A DNA stretch of 64,000 bases from Candidatus Sulfomarinibacteraceae bacterium (GCA_963796455.1 CAWCLO010000004.1:224001-288000), one strand, 5' to 3'. Positions 20,110 through 31,240 are shown, counted from the first letter of the stretch. The notes: generated by a model from the letters alone, not told the origin. A program made the numbers and translations.

Positions 20110-22097
20110 TCAGCCACGCTTCCTGACAATGAAGACAAGGACAGCAACGAAGGCAACGGCCAGGAGCGCCAGCAAGATGATCGGGCGGCCGCGCCATGGA
20201 AGGTCGAACTTCGTCTTTCCGTCAACCTCAAGGCCAGACGGATCTTCCCTGGTCGGATCAAAACGCCGGATAGCTTCTCCGACAGCGAAGGCGCCCCCAT
20301 TGCCATCACCCCAGACGGCCGATAGATCGCCGTCCTCCCTGGCATCAACTGGGGACCAGGACTCACCATCGAAATGGAAGATGTTCATTTTCGTATCGCG
20401 TCCGACAGCAATGACATCTGCCGGCCCATTCCCGCCGACGCTTGCGAGGTAGGGCGCATAGTCATCGGTCAATGGCATCAATGTCCAACTCGATCCGTCA
20501 AAGTGACCAATTCTCGCGCTGTGGCCGACGACAAAGACGTCATTCGCTCCACTGCCCCAGATACTCGTGGAGTACATCTGGTAGGGGTATTCCGGCAAGC
20601 ACATCTCCCCCCACTCGGTCCCATCCCAATGTTGGACGCACCAGTTTCCTCGGAGAATGTACACGTCATTCGGCCCGCTACCCCAAACTGATACAAAGTC
20701 GTGTTGGTCCCCGGCATCGAACTTGGTCCATGATGCCCCGTCATAATGCACGGCGGTTCCCTTGGCACCGACAACGTAAATGTCATCCGCAGCACTACCC
20801 CAAACCCCCTTGAGATCCTCTTTGGTGCCAATTTCAATCGGGGACCAATCGTCGCCGCCGAAATGCAGGACCGAGCCCGCGTTTCCAACGGCATAGATGT
20901 TGTCCGGACCGCTACCCATCCGTGGGTCAGGTTGATCCGAGGCCGCGGTCGGCGGTATCGAATTTCGCCTTTTTTTTGACGGTGCTCGCGATCAGCCTCC
21001 TGACCGTAGACGATGGCCCAGTTCTCGCCATCATAGTGCGCGATGAGTGCGTCTTGTTCGACGTACCCAAAAGCGTAAACATCGTCTGGCCCCGTCCCCC
21101 AAACAGAATTGAACTTGGCATTCCAGGCGACGACGTTCCTGCTGATCTCGTGCCACGCTGTCCCGTCAAAATGCATGATGATGCCTCGCTTCCCGACCGC
21201 GTAGACATCGCGTGGGCCGGCGCTCCAAACCTCACGAAAAATCCCGGAGCAGTCCGCGACTTTCACCCACTCCGATCCATTGAAGTGCAGTGTCCAAGAA
21301 TCAGAGTCTCTCATGTTTTGAACCTGAACGAAGGCATTATCTGGACCGGCTCCCCACATGTGGGTGGTCATCTGGCTGTGTGCGATTTTCGGCAACGGAA
21401 ACGGGGTCCAGCTTCGACCGTCGTAATGGAACATCGAGGAAAAGCTCGCCTCTCCTCGCACGATTTCCTCTGAAAAGAAACCCTCTTGCGATCGGCCCAA
21501 GACTCCTCCATACCCCCAAGCTTCGCGGGACATCATGGTCCATTCGGAACCGTCGAAATGTCGTACGGTTCCCCCTTCTCCAATCACATAGACATCTTTC
21601 CGACTCACTCCCCAGATCTTCGTGTTGCTCGGGCCGTCGATTTCAATTGACGACCAGGAGGCTCCGTCGAAATGGAGGATCGACCTTTCTGAAATGGCGT
21701 ATACGTCCTTTTTGCTGCTTCCCCACACGTCCAGCAGATGCTTCGTATCCGTGCTGACGTTTGCCCAATTTCGACCATCGAAGTGGAGGAGCGTGCCCTG
21801 TTGACCTACGACAAAAACGTCTTTCGGGCCACTACCCCAGACACCATTGAGCTTTTCCTTTGTCAGGCGATCGAGGACATTCCAGGATCCTCCATCGAAG
21901 TGGACGATGGTTCCAGCATTCCCGACGGCGTAAATGTCGGTGGGCCCGCTTCCCCAGATGTCGTGCAGCGTATGCCCTACAGGATATGGGTGCTGCCATT
22001 CCCATTGTTGTTCTGCGCCGACCTGCTGCCCCAGGCCGAGGGCAATCGTGAAAAGAACGATTGTGGTATTCAGTTGCCTCCCGACGGGTCCTTTCAT
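20110..22097 (-). CDS. Secreted WG-repeat beta-propeller protein with C-terminal membrane anchor; 1-nt deletion near 20915
   Basis: Many [IV]WGSG..D[IV][YF]AVG..G.I.HFDG..W repeats across ORFs 20478-22097 and 20110-20919; hydrophobic tail ending RKRG. Confidence 0.85.
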
Positions 22098-22488
22098 CGG
22101 CTACCCCCAAATCGTCAGCCCATTTCCATTGGGCGAATGGAATCAGGTTTTTCCTACGACTTCTCTGACAATTTCTCGTTTCTCGATTTCCACGTCGTCG
22201 AAACAACTCTATCTCATGTCCGGGAGTCAGGCCTCGCATGGAAACGGAGAATGAGGCCGTGAAAGCGGTGGCGGTCAGAAGGTTCTGACTCTTCTGAAGA
22301 TGGGCGGCACCAAAAGGTACTTCAGATTTCCAGCGAAAGTCTCCGGGTTCGACGGTACCCAGGAGTTCGATTGACCACGGCACCCATGTGCCTGATCCTG
22401 CGATGTTGTGCCCTTGCGGTGGCATCATTGAGTAGAGAGGACGGGATCATGATCCGTCGCAGTCAGGTCTGAGACCAAGGAAAAGGCA

Positions 22489-24354
22489 ATGACCCAACAG
22501 ACGCCCAAGCAACGCGCCGGTATTTCCTGCGCAGTAGTCCTGTGTTCAATGGTCCTTTTGATTCTCGCTGCGATGATGGTCTTCTGGGGATTTGTCGCCG
22601 ACATGAACGTGAATCTCATCACGACGGGTCTGGTTACCGCTTTCCTGGGCGCGTGGCTGTCGCTGCGTCCGCTGGTATTCGAGCGGGGCAAGAGGGTGCA
22701 CAAATCAGCCCTCAGCGCGAGTGTGGTGACCGGCATTTTCGCCCTGGTGTTGGTGGCGGCAGGCATCGCGTTGGTTGTCGCCATTGGTTGGGGCCGACCC
22801 TTTTTGAAAAAGGACCGCACGGCTTTTTCTCGCGAAGACAAGATGAAAATTTCGTTGAGCCCTCGGCCATCCGACGGCACGCAAGGAATCGATCCCGATA
22901 CGGAATTTCTCATCGAAATCGAGGGAGCACATTTTCGCGACGGGTTTTCCAGGTTGGGCCTGATGCTGGCCGACCACGGCAGGCAGTCCGTCGAGTCCAT
23001 CTGTCAAACCACCGACAAACACGGCCGCCAGATTCGTTGTCAGCCGCGAACTCCGCTTTTGTTTGACACCAGGTACAAGGCGAATTTCACGACGACAGCC
23101 TACGGCAAGAAAGGCCGTGCAGCGATCACCGTGAACGAGTCGTGGTCATTCACGACATCTTCCAGGTACGACGACCTCAGGGGGATTTTTCCAGCATTGA
23201 TTCGAATCATATCGCCGGCCGAGAACAAGGTGGTCATCGAAGGGAAGGCCGGCGCTCTGCCGGCCCACGCTGTCGCGAGTGGCTGGCAGGTGTACCTACG
23301 GGACCGCGGGTCCTTGCGACTTCAGCTGCCGGTTCGGGCCGACGGGAGTTTTGGAGACATCGTTACTTTTGTGCGGAAGGATCGCCTGAACGGTAGCCGA
23401 GGCTTCTACCTCGAAATCACCGGCGCCACGGGCGAACCCGTGGCCCGTCTCCCGTTAGGGCCGATGGTGTCCAGCGACGGACGGACGATCCACCTCGTGG
23501 GGCAGCGCCCGTTTCGATACCTCACCCCGGACGGGGCCATCGTGGTGTTCGACGGAGACGACCCCCAAGGCTATATCGGCTCCGTCTTGATTCAGAGGAT
23601 CGAAGATTCCTGCTCACACCTCCTTCCACCCGAACTCGGATGTGCTGGAACCTGGAAGATAACCCACAACGTGACCCAAAGCGGCCGGTTCCCCCCCGGC
23701 GGCGGGGTGAGGGCCGAGTTCGTTCGTCCCTCACCCGCCGTCGAGGTGCTCTACCCGGCACCGAATGGCGTTGAAGAGTCGCCACTCTTTCTCGACACGA
23801 CTCTCGGCAACATCATGATGAGGAATAGCGGAAGGCGAATGTTCATTCTCCACGGCATCGGCCGGTCGCTCGAAACAGGACTCGGCCGCTTCGTTTCGGT
23901 CCGCGAGGAATTCCCGGTCGCTGGTGGCGGCAAACTCAACGAGATCGATCCGTCCAGGATTTTCAACAGAGATCCCGACGGGACCCATCACCTCTTGTAC
24001 GCACGATCGAATACCGTCGCCCTGGTGGTTGGAGACTACAGTGGTGAAAATGGCGCGGGTAAGTGGCACGTGAGCTCTCACAGTCTGGTCGTCAGTCCGG
24101 ATTCCAGGCTCAACGTGGCTGCGCCCCTGCCAGTGTATGGAGCCTCGATCATCGCCCGAGAGGATCGCACTCTGGCGATCCTCCCAGTCATCGCCGAGCA
24201 ACCGTTTGATCTCCTCAGCATCGATCCCCTGACTGGATGGGTTGGTGGCAACGTGCACTTCGAAGGCGTCGACGAGAAGGTGGGGACCATCCAATTCGTG
24301 GGGGATCTTGATCGACTTCAGGCGGCGAAGATGGCAAAATCGCCGAGGAGATAG
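22489..24354 (+). CDS. Membrane protein with Ig-like (Big_5-like) domain
   Basis: 3 N-terminal TMs; P.P.DG.QGIDPDT...P..PL.FDT.Y...WSFTT. Confidence 0.65.
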   Translation: MTQQTPKQRAGISCAVVLCSMVLLILAAMMVFWGFVADMNVNLITTGLVTAFLGAWLSLRPLVFERGKRVHKSALSASVVTGIFALVLVAAGIALVVAIGWGRPFLKKDRTAFSREDKMKISLSPRPSDGTQGIDPDTEFLIEIEGAHFRDGFSRLGLMLADHGRQSVESICQTTDKHGRQIRCQPRTPLLFDTRYKANFTTTAYGKKGRAAITVNESWSFTTSSRYDDLRGIFPALIRIISPAENKVVIEGKAGALPAHAVASGWQVYLRDRGSLRLQLPVRADGSFGDIVTFVRKDRLNGSRGFYLEITGATGEPVARLPLGPMVSSDGRTIHLVGQRPFRYLTPDGAIVVFDGDDPQGYIGSVLIQRIEDSCSHLLPPELGCAGTWKITHNVTQSGRFPPGGGVRAEFVRPSPAVEVLYPAPNGVEESPLFLDTTLGNIMMRNSGRRMFILHGIGRSLETGLGRFVSVREEFPVAGGGKLNEIDPSRIFNRDPDGTHHLLYARSNTVALVVGDYSGENGAGKWHVSSHSLVVSPDSRLNVAAPLPVYGASIIAREDRTLAILPVIAEQPFDLLSIDPLTGWVGGNVHFEGVDEKVGTIQFVGDLDRLQAAKMAKSPRR

Positions 24355-24423
24355 CTCCAAGTCGACGGTACTTGATTCATGGGTTTGCGATTTCCAATCC
24401 AATTCGACCTGAGAGGAAACCAG

Positions 24424-25533
24424 ATGAACACCCCGCGTTCTATCCGCATTTTGGTTGTCGGCACTTGCCTGGTAGCAACAATGGTGCTCATTGCGTGCGG
24501 CAAAGACGAGAGACTCGAGAGTGCGGCGGTGTTGTTGGACCTGGGAAAGACGGAAGAGGCGGCCAGTGTTTTGGACGCGGTGATTCATGATGATCCGAAG
24601 AACGCGGAAGCGCATGTAATGCTCGGTCGGGCATTCGCCGAAACGGGCGATCTCGATCAGGCTGACGAAGCATTCAACACAGCCATAGCGATCGGCGGAA
24701 AAACGACCGTGAAGTTGATCGACGAAGAGCTTCTTGATGCGTACAAATCAATCTTCGTGGAGCACTTCCCGTTTCAAGGAGAAGGGGAACTCGAACGGTA
24801 CAAAAATATCTGCGGGGCCCTTGCACTTTTGAACTCCAAGGACTCCAAGAGTGCGCTTGCCAACTGGCAGGCAGAACTCGACATCAATGAACCGTGGGAA
24901 ACCACGAGGCTCGAGACGCTGCGAGATCTCTCGAGGGTGTGGCTTCGTCTCGGGGACAACCAAACCGAAAGCCTCATGCAAAACATGGTCGTCAAGGCTG
25001 TTGAAACTTCGGAGAACCAAGAGCAAGCTCGCGAGGTGTTGAAAAGTTCGCTGGAGTATTTCAGGGAACCCGCCATCAAGGTTGAGATCGAGGAACTGTA
25101 TCGCTCCTACAAGACTGACTCGGATTTCGGTTTCGACACCGTGGCCCTCATGAAAACCCTTGGTATTGCGATTGAAGCGTACGCGGTGGATTGGGCGTTC
25201 TACCCAACCACAAGTGACGTATCAGAAACGGTTCCCCTCCTTTCACCAACCTACGTGAAGAGCGTGAGTGCCAATGATGGATGGGGGCAGAAATTTTTTG
25301 TGGCCTCGCAGTCCTATGCGTACGTCATCGTTTCTTCGGGCGCTGATGGCCGGTTCGAAATTGACTACTCCGATCTGGATCTTGGCAATGTCGGTTGGAC
25401 GAGGGGCGTCGGCACGGAAGTCAATCAGGTAGGATTTCCGCTACGCGGACCCGCCAACAACCTAGATAGCGACACCATATACATCAATGGAAACTTCTAC
25501 CGTTGGCCGGAGGAATTAATAGGTACCAAATAG
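24424..25533 (+). CDS. TPR lipoprotein with C-terminal GspG/pseudopilin-like domain
   Basis: Lipobox LIAC; TPR (DPKNAEAHVMLGRAF); MKTLGIAIEAYAVD...YP...DGWG..F.....IVSSGADG. Confidence 0.7.
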   Translation: MNTPRSIRILVVGTCLVATMVLIACGKDERLESAAVLLDLGKTEEAASVLDAVIHDDPKNAEAHVMLGRAFAETGDLDQADEAFNTAIAIGGKTTVKLIDEELLDAYKSIFVEHFPFQGEGELERYKNICGALALLNSKDSKSALANWQAELDINEPWETTRLETLRDLSRVWLRLGDNQTESLMQNMVVKAVETSENQEQAREVLKSSLEYFREPAIKVEIEELYRSYKTDSDFGFDTVALMKTLGIAIEAYAVDWAFYPTTSDVSETVPLLSPTYVKSVSANDGWGQKFFVASQSYAYVIVSSGADGRFEIDYSDLDLGNVGWTRGVGTEVNQVGFPLRGPANNLDSDTIYINGNFYRWPEELIGTK

Positions 25534-25560
25534 GTACCATATTCCACATTGTTGCATTTT

Positions 25561-25590
25561 CATCAGTGCCCATCAGTGCCCATCAGTGCC
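25561..25590. repeat. Decamer (CATCAGTGCC)x3
   Basis: Direct reading. Confidence 0.85.
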
Positions 25591-25833
25591 TGGTCTGACG
25601 ATTCCGACGATTTGAGCGGGAACTGAGAAATGGCACCAATACCGATATAACACCGATGCCGATAGTTTTACTCGCGCCCTTTGGTCGCGGTGACCAGCCG
25701 TCACCAGCGAGTGGCCGAACGCACAGGGCAGTATTGGCGCCAGTCTCACCGACCCTCCTCCGGTTATTTCGAGATACGATGGAGTGGACGGTTTCTGAGA
25801 TGACCCTGTAGTTCAATGAGTCGAGGAGGACAC

Positions 25834-27549
25834 GTGCGCTCTGTCATTGCCAAGCTCTGCGGTGTCGGCGTTGCGATCGTATCTGGGGGTTTGTTGTACT
25901 ACGCACTGCTCATCAACTCGTTGCCGCTGGACTCCGGGGAGATGCGGTGGTGGATCCCGGCCCTCAAGAAGGTGCTCTACGCTCCGACCCTTTGGATGAC
26001 GGGCCCAATCCACCAGGCACTCTATCTCTCGGGTACCTACTGGCCGATCCGGTGGCTGATGTTTGCCGAGATCGGGTTGCTGGCTGTTCTCTACGGGGTG
26101 TTGTTTCACCAGGCGATCATGGGCAAGCTGACTCCAACGAAGATCGCTGCGTGGTTCTCGCGGCGCAAGGTGCCGGTGGCGGCAGTTGCCGCCATCATGA
26201 TCGTCGGGTCGATCGCGGGCCGGGTCGCCACAGCGCAACAGGATTTTCGAAGGGAGGTATCGGCCGACGAGGACGCGCCCGGCGTAGTGTCACTCGTCGA
26301 AACTCGCGGCATTCAGGTGACAGTGCTCGACGCCAAAGAGATCGTTTTCCCGGAGGGTTCTGAACCCGCAGCGATCCTGAGAACCAAGGGTGAACCGGTC
26401 AGCGTTCTTCTGACCGGCAATGTCAAACGCGATGAGACCAACTTCATGTCTGCGACCGGGGACCTGACGATGCTGCGGTTGGATGGAGAGAAATGGGCCG
26501 TTCGAAAGGGTCTGGCCGGATTGCAGATGTCGCCGATGTCGAGCGACTTCCGTTCGCCGAGCGATCCGGCTTCGTCCGGGGTCATTTTTCTAAACATTGC
26601 TATAGGTAATCCGCAGCTGATGCTGCCATTCGACGATGAGGGTCAGCTGATCTCCTTCGCACCGTTTATCGATTCCGAAGCCGGGTTTGCGGCGGGCGAC
26701 TCGATCTGGGTGGTCGGCCTCGGTTTTGGCTGGGAGAGCTGGGACGGGCCATCGGTCGATCGGATTTCGGCCTATCAACACCCGAACTTCGCCACGCACT
26801 CACTCGGGGTGTTTCGGCTCGATCCGGCCACCGGCTCGATCGAACTCAAAGGGGTTTGCGACAACTTCACCGACCACAGCATCAACACCCTCGATGCGAC
26901 CCTGGACGACGAAGGCGTGATGCACGTGGTGGCGGCCGAAGTTCTGATTGCCAACGAAAACTCGATTCGAGTTCATTACCTGCGCTTCGACACCGCGGGC
27001 TCGAAGTGGCTTGGCGATGAGGTGATATGGAAATCGGACGTCTTCACTTCAACGGTAGACACGCTGATTCGCAGAAGCTCTCAGGGCATCGAGATGTTCT
27101 GGAATCTCTCTCGATCGCCGACTGTGGAGACGGGTGGCGTCTTTGGCTATCGCGCGGGCGATCCGCAGGCGTTCCAGCTCACCGACCGTGAGGACAGCTT
27201 CCTCGGGGTTCTCGCCGATCCCAGCCCGGGCATCGAGATGCTGGTGGGCCGAGTCGACCCGGGATTTCAGACCGACCGGACACCGGGGCTGACGCAACAG
27301 GAAAGCCTGATGAAGTCGTTGGAAGCGAACAGGGCGGCCCAGGAGTCGAACGAGACGACGGTCGAGTGGTACCTGAAACAGGGCGGCGGGTGGGCCAATG
27401 CGGGTACGACAACCGTGCCGGTGAAACTCTACGACACTGATTTCGGCCAGACCGGATTCTGGCTCTGGCCGGGCGCCGACGGCAAGATCCTTGCTGCTTT
27501 CAGAGCGCGCAGCTCGATGATCGTCCAAGAGCTGGTGATTGGGGAATAG
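25834..27549 (+). CDS. Hypothetical membrane-anchored protein with large beta-rich extracytoplasmic domain
   Basis: Long ORF, N-terminal TMs; GTG start with GAGGAGG RBS. Confidence 0.7.
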   Translation: MRSVIAKLCGVGVAIVSGGLLYYALLINSLPLDSGEMRWWIPALKKVLYAPTLWMTGPIHQALYLSGTYWPIRWLMFAEIGLLAVLYGVLFHQAIMGKLTPTKIAAWFSRRKVPVAAVAAIMIVGSIAGRVATAQQDFRREVSADEDAPGVVSLVETRGIQVTVLDAKEIVFPEGSEPAAILRTKGEPVSVLLTGNVKRDETNFMSATGDLTMLRLDGEKWAVRKGLAGLQMSPMSSDFRSPSDPASSGVIFLNIAIGNPQLMLPFDDEGQLISFAPFIDSEAGFAAGDSIWVVGLGFGWESWDGPSVDRISAYQHPNFATHSLGVFRLDPATGSIELKGVCDNFTDHSINTLDATLDDEGVMHVVAAEVLIANENSIRVHYLRFDTAGSKWLGDEVIWKSDVFTSTVDTLIRRSSQGIEMFWNLSRSPTVETGGVFGYRAGDPQAFQLTDREDSFLGVLADPSPGIEMLVGRVDPGFQTDRTPGLTQQESLMKSLEANRAAQESNETTVEWYLKQGGGWANAGTTTVPVKLYDTDFGQTGFWLWPGADGKILAAFRARSSMIVQELVIGE

Positions 27550-27566
27550 CTGAGGGTGGAGATAAT

Positions 27567-27711
27567 TCTGTACATTGTGTACAGATAAGAGCATGCCGTA
27601 GAGAGTCTCAACACGACTGAAGCTCACGAGGATCTCGCCGAGGTCATCAACCGCGTCAACTCCGCAAAGGACCGCGTGCGGATCGCCCATCGAGGCGAAG
27701 CATATCGCTGA
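27567..27711 (+). pseudogene. Phd/YefM antitoxin remnant with TGTACA operator palindrome
   Basis: 27601-27711 reads ESLNTTEAHEDLAEVINRVNSAKDRVRIAHRGEAYR* with no in-frame start; TCTGTACA-ttg-TGTACAGA upstream. Confidence 0.7.
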
Positions 27712-27920
27712 GAGGTTCTTTCTTTAGCCGCTGTCCCGCGGCTGATGTGGCACCGTGACGGGCCACCACCAACGGGGACAATCCTAGACCTCAGCATTGC
27801 GAACGCGATGCCTATAGGTATCGGCACCGATACCTATACGCCATCACTCTCAGTCGCCGGAAGGCCGACCACAGGCATTTCAATATTTGTCGGGGCTGGG
27901 TTCCTGGCGGATAATGGACC

Positions 27921-29043
27921 ATGATCCAGGCTTCCAGATGGTCCAGGTGGCGCTTCGCCGTGCTCGCGATTGCGGCCATCGTGCCCCGCCTGCCGGCGGT
28001 TTCATCGGGCTTCGGCATCGAAGATCTTGCCTACCTTCAGTACGCTTCCGAACATTCGGGCCCGGGCGGTATTCTGTTGGCAGCGTGGCCATATGGATTC
28101 TACCGGCCCCTGGTGACACTCCATTTCGAGCTCCTCCAGCCGGTATTCGGCGAGTGGGCCGCGGGTTATCACCTGGCTTCGATTATTGTTCATGTGCTGG
28201 TGGTCTGGCTCGTCTACCTCTTGATCTCGAGGATCCTCAAGAACGCGAAGGCAGCTTTCCTGGCCGCGCTCGTTTTTGCGGTGCTGCCGAGCCAAACGGA
28301 GGCGATCGCCTGGGCGTGCAGCGTCGGTGATCTCTGGGCCGCCGCATTGGTGATCGTGTCGGTCCTGCTGGCGATCGCGGCTCCCGATCAGCGGCCCGAA
28401 AGGGCCCCTTGGTTCTGGGTTGGGGCCTTGCTGGCCGCTCTCGCCGCCTGCGGGGCGAAGGAGTCTGCCGTCGCCGTCGGTCTTGCGGCGCCTTTGGCGG
28501 CATGGCTCTTTGCCAAAGCGTCGTGCCCATTGGGCATGGCTGGCTTGCTTTCCCACGTTGATCATCACCTATGTTGCATGGTATGGAACCAGAACCGGGA
28601 ATGCAGGCGCGGCCCTCGGCCTCTTCGGTTGGCCGCACGATTGGTTGAAGCGTTTCTTCCAGGAGATCGGGATGATCCTGATACCGGCGGCCAAGGGACC
28701 GATCGGAGATCGGATCTGGTCCGATGCCACGCTGACCTGGCTGTGGACAGTCGGGGGGGTTGCGCTCGCCGGATGGCTCATCATCAACGCTTTTCGGAAA
28801 GGAGATCGAGCCATGATCTTTGGGTGGTGGTGGGCGGCGGTTTTCTTCTTTCCGTCGTGGAGACTGCCCTGGGCTGAACGGTATTCCTATCTGCCGAGCG
28901 TCGGTTTGATCCTGGTTGTGGCGGTACTCATCAACCGAGCGCCTGAAAAAAGATGGAAGACCTTGACGGCCTGCCTTCTCGCCATGGTGGCCCTGCTGGC
29001 GCTTGCCAGCGGCGTCGCTGCGGCGAATTGGGGATGGAACTGA
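27921..29043 (+). CDS. GT-C fold (ArnT/PMT-like) membrane glycosyltransferase; frameshift near 28510
   Basis: FYRPL, GYHLASIIVH, QTEAIAW, KESA; C-half in 28420-29043 frame with AERYSYLPS. Confidence 0.8.
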
Positions 29044-29082
29044 GTTGCGCCGCAGGCTGAGATCGGCGTAGAGTCCGAGTCC

Positions 29083-30003
29083 ATGTCGTCGCCCAGTATT
29101 TTGCTCAAAACCGTGACCCTCGTCTTTTTGACCCTCGTCTGGGGCACGACGTGGGCGGCGATCACCGTTTCGCTCAGGTCCTTCCCGCCGTTTACCGGGG
29201 TGGCCCTCAGATTCGTGATCGCCGTGGCATTGCTTGCCCTCTATGCTGTCCTGCGGGGAATTCCCCTGTGGTCGACCAATCGATTGCACCGCCGACTGAC
29301 GCTGCTTCACGCCGGGCTGACGTTCTGCGTTTCTTATGGTGTGGTTTTCTGGGCAGAGCAGTGGGTGCCTTCAAGTCTGGCTTCGGTTCTCTTTGCGACC
29401 TTTCCTCTGTTGGTGGCGGTCCTCGCTCATTTCATGCTGCCCCGTGAGCGCATGACGATGCCTGTTGTCGCGGGCACCCTCGTCGGTTTTGCAGGAATCG
29501 CGGTGATTTTTGCGGAGGATTTCAATCTGCTTGGGGGCCGGCAGGTCCTGGTGGCGTCCGTTGTCATGCTTCTTTCACCACTCGCCGGGGCTTTCGTGAG
29601 CGTCTCGGTAAAACGCTGGGGCTCGGGTATGCATCCGGTGACCTTCAATACCGCCGCGATGGGATTGGCGGCGATGACCATGGGAATCGTGGCGGCGGTT
29701 GTTGAAGGTGATCGTACTCTGGTTGTGGAGCCGGGCCCGGTGGCCGCCCTGTTCTACATGGCCATTCTCGGAACCGCGATAACCTTTCCCATGTACTTCT
29801 GGCTGCTCGACCATATGGAGGCCCGGCAGGTTGCGCTCATCGGCTATGGCACGCCCGTGGTGGCGCTGATCCTCGGTGCCGTCTTTATGAATGAGCCCGT
29901 CACTCCTCGAACGCTTGTTGGGTCGGCGATGGTTGTTGTCGGTGTTGCGATGGCATCACACCTCCTGAAAGGGAAAACCCGACCGAAGAACCGAACACAA
30001 TGA
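29083..30003 (+). CDS. EamA/DMT family transporter
   Basis: LVWGTTW, RF, AEQWVPSSLASVLFA; 10 TMs. Confidence 0.92.
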   Translation: MSSPSILLKTVTLVFLTLVWGTTWAAITVSLRSFPPFTGVALRFVIAVALLALYAVLRGIPLWSTNRLHRRLTLLHAGLTFCVSYGVVFWAEQWVPSSLASVLFATFPLLVAVLAHFMLPRERMTMPVVAGTLVGFAGIAVIFAEDFNLLGGRQVLVASVVMLLSPLAGAFVSVSVKRWGSGMHPVTFNTAAMGLAAMTMGIVAAVVEGDRTLVVEPGPVAALFYMAILGTAITFPMYFWLLDHMEARQVALIGYGTPVVALILGAVFMNEPVTPRTLVGSAMVVVGVAMASHLLKGKTRPKNRTQ

Positions 30004-30051
30004 GGAGATCCGAATTGGCCGGAAAATGCATGTTGGTTGTACGATAGATGT

Positions 30052-30615
30052 ATGAGCCAACAAAAAGTCAAAGCATCCGTATTGAAATCCAGGTTGGCAT
30101 TTGTCGAGACCCGGTTCGGCAGTGAGGGGCTCGATAAAGTCCTCAAGAGCCTCGACGAGGAAGACCGGAAAGCCCTCGCCGGGATGGTCCCGGTGGCGTG
30201 GCTCGATTTCGGAGTGGGGAAACGCTTGGATGATGCCATCGTCAGGGTTCTGGGTGGAGGCCGGACGGAGATCTTCGAACGTTTGGGTGAGGCGTCGGCG
30301 GACAGCAATCTCACGACAGCCCACGCGGCTTTCATCGCTCCCGGGGATCCCCAGGCCTTCCTTGCCAAAGCGCCGCAGATCTATCGGATGTACTACCAGA
30401 CCGGGCGGCGCGAGTACGAGGCCCTCGGCGAAAACGAGGGCGTGTTGACCACCTACGATGCGGAGACGTTTTCCAAACCGGACTGCCTGACGGTCATCGG
30501 TTGGTACCGGCGGGCGCTCGAAATGTGCGGTGCCAAGACGGTACGGATTCACGAGGAGCAGTGCCGCGCAGCCGGCGGTGAGGTCTGTCGTTACCGGGTC
30601 AGTTGGAAGACCTGA
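30052..30615 (+). CDS. DUF2378/TIGR02265-like (V4R-related) protein
   Basis: FVETRFG.EG, GW...ALEMCG, C...GG.VC.Y.VSW. Confidence 0.7.
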   Translation: MSQQKVKASVLKSRLAFVETRFGSEGLDKVLKSLDEEDRKALAGMVPVAWLDFGVGKRLDDAIVRVLGGGRTEIFERLGEASADSNLTTAHAAFIAPGDPQAFLAKAPQIYRMYYQTGRREYEALGENEGVLTTYDAETFSKPDCLTVIGWYRRALEMCGAKTVRIHEEQCRAAGGEVCRYRVSWKT

Positions 30616-30621
30616 AGAGCT

Positions 30622-31143
30622 TCAAATTCCTTCGAGACTGATCTCGGCGGTGTCGAACCAGAAGCCGGCCCCGGTGACCATATCCATCTCCGCCTGGACG
30701 ATGGCCACATGGCCTTCTTCGATCTCGACGAATCGTTCGAAAAGCTGTTTGCCTTCGGCATCCAGGGTGGCCACCATCTGCTTGTAAAAGGCGCTGGTCT
30801 CCCGTTCCAACTGGAGCGCCTTGGTGAGGCTTTCGAGTTCGGTGCCGCGGCTAACCCGTCGATCCGGCGAGAGGTTCTGCTTGAGCTTGGCGGCGTGGTT
30901 TTCGATCGCTGCCTTTGGAACCAGCACGGTTGAAAGATCGACCACGGTGATTTTTCCGGTCGAGCGCCACTCCGACAAGCGCTCCTTGAGGTATTTGATG
31001 TGTCCGAGTTCTTCGTCGCACAGGGTTGCGAACACCTTTTTCGCCACCTCGTGTTCGGCTTTCTCGACCGCCTCGGCATATGTGTGGTGGACTCGCGCCT
31101 CGAATTCGAGGGCAGTGGTGATTGCCTGCTCCAGATTCATCAT
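30622..31143 (-). CDS. Ferritin-like/rubrerythrin family protein
   Basis: Paired E...ExxH motifs (DEELGH, IEEGH). Confidence 0.85.
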   Translation of the reverse strand: MMNLEQAITTALEFEARVHHTYAEAVEKAEHEVAKKVFATLCDEELGHIKYLKERLSEWRSTGKITVVDLSTVLVPKAAIENHAAKLKQNLSPDRRVSRGTELESLTKALQLERETSAFYKQMVATLDAEGKQLFERFVEIEEGHVAIVQAEMDMVTGAGFWFDTAEISLEGI

Positions 31144-31240
31144 TTCCTCCAGCAGCTTGCGTTCGCTGACATTATGCTCCTTCCCGGCCGACCTTGCGTG
31201 TTAGCCTTTTCGGACCAGGCGATCAGAAAAGGGGGATCCG

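Noticed and set aside
20969..20977. Poly-T slippery site causing the WG-repeat gene frameshift
   Set aside because: The frame break maps about 55 nt away, at GGATGGGTAGC; the run itself reads through in frame.
22260..22400. tRNA-Sec-like sequence (CTTCAGA, GGTTCGA)
   Set aside because: No acceptor, D or T stems could be paired.
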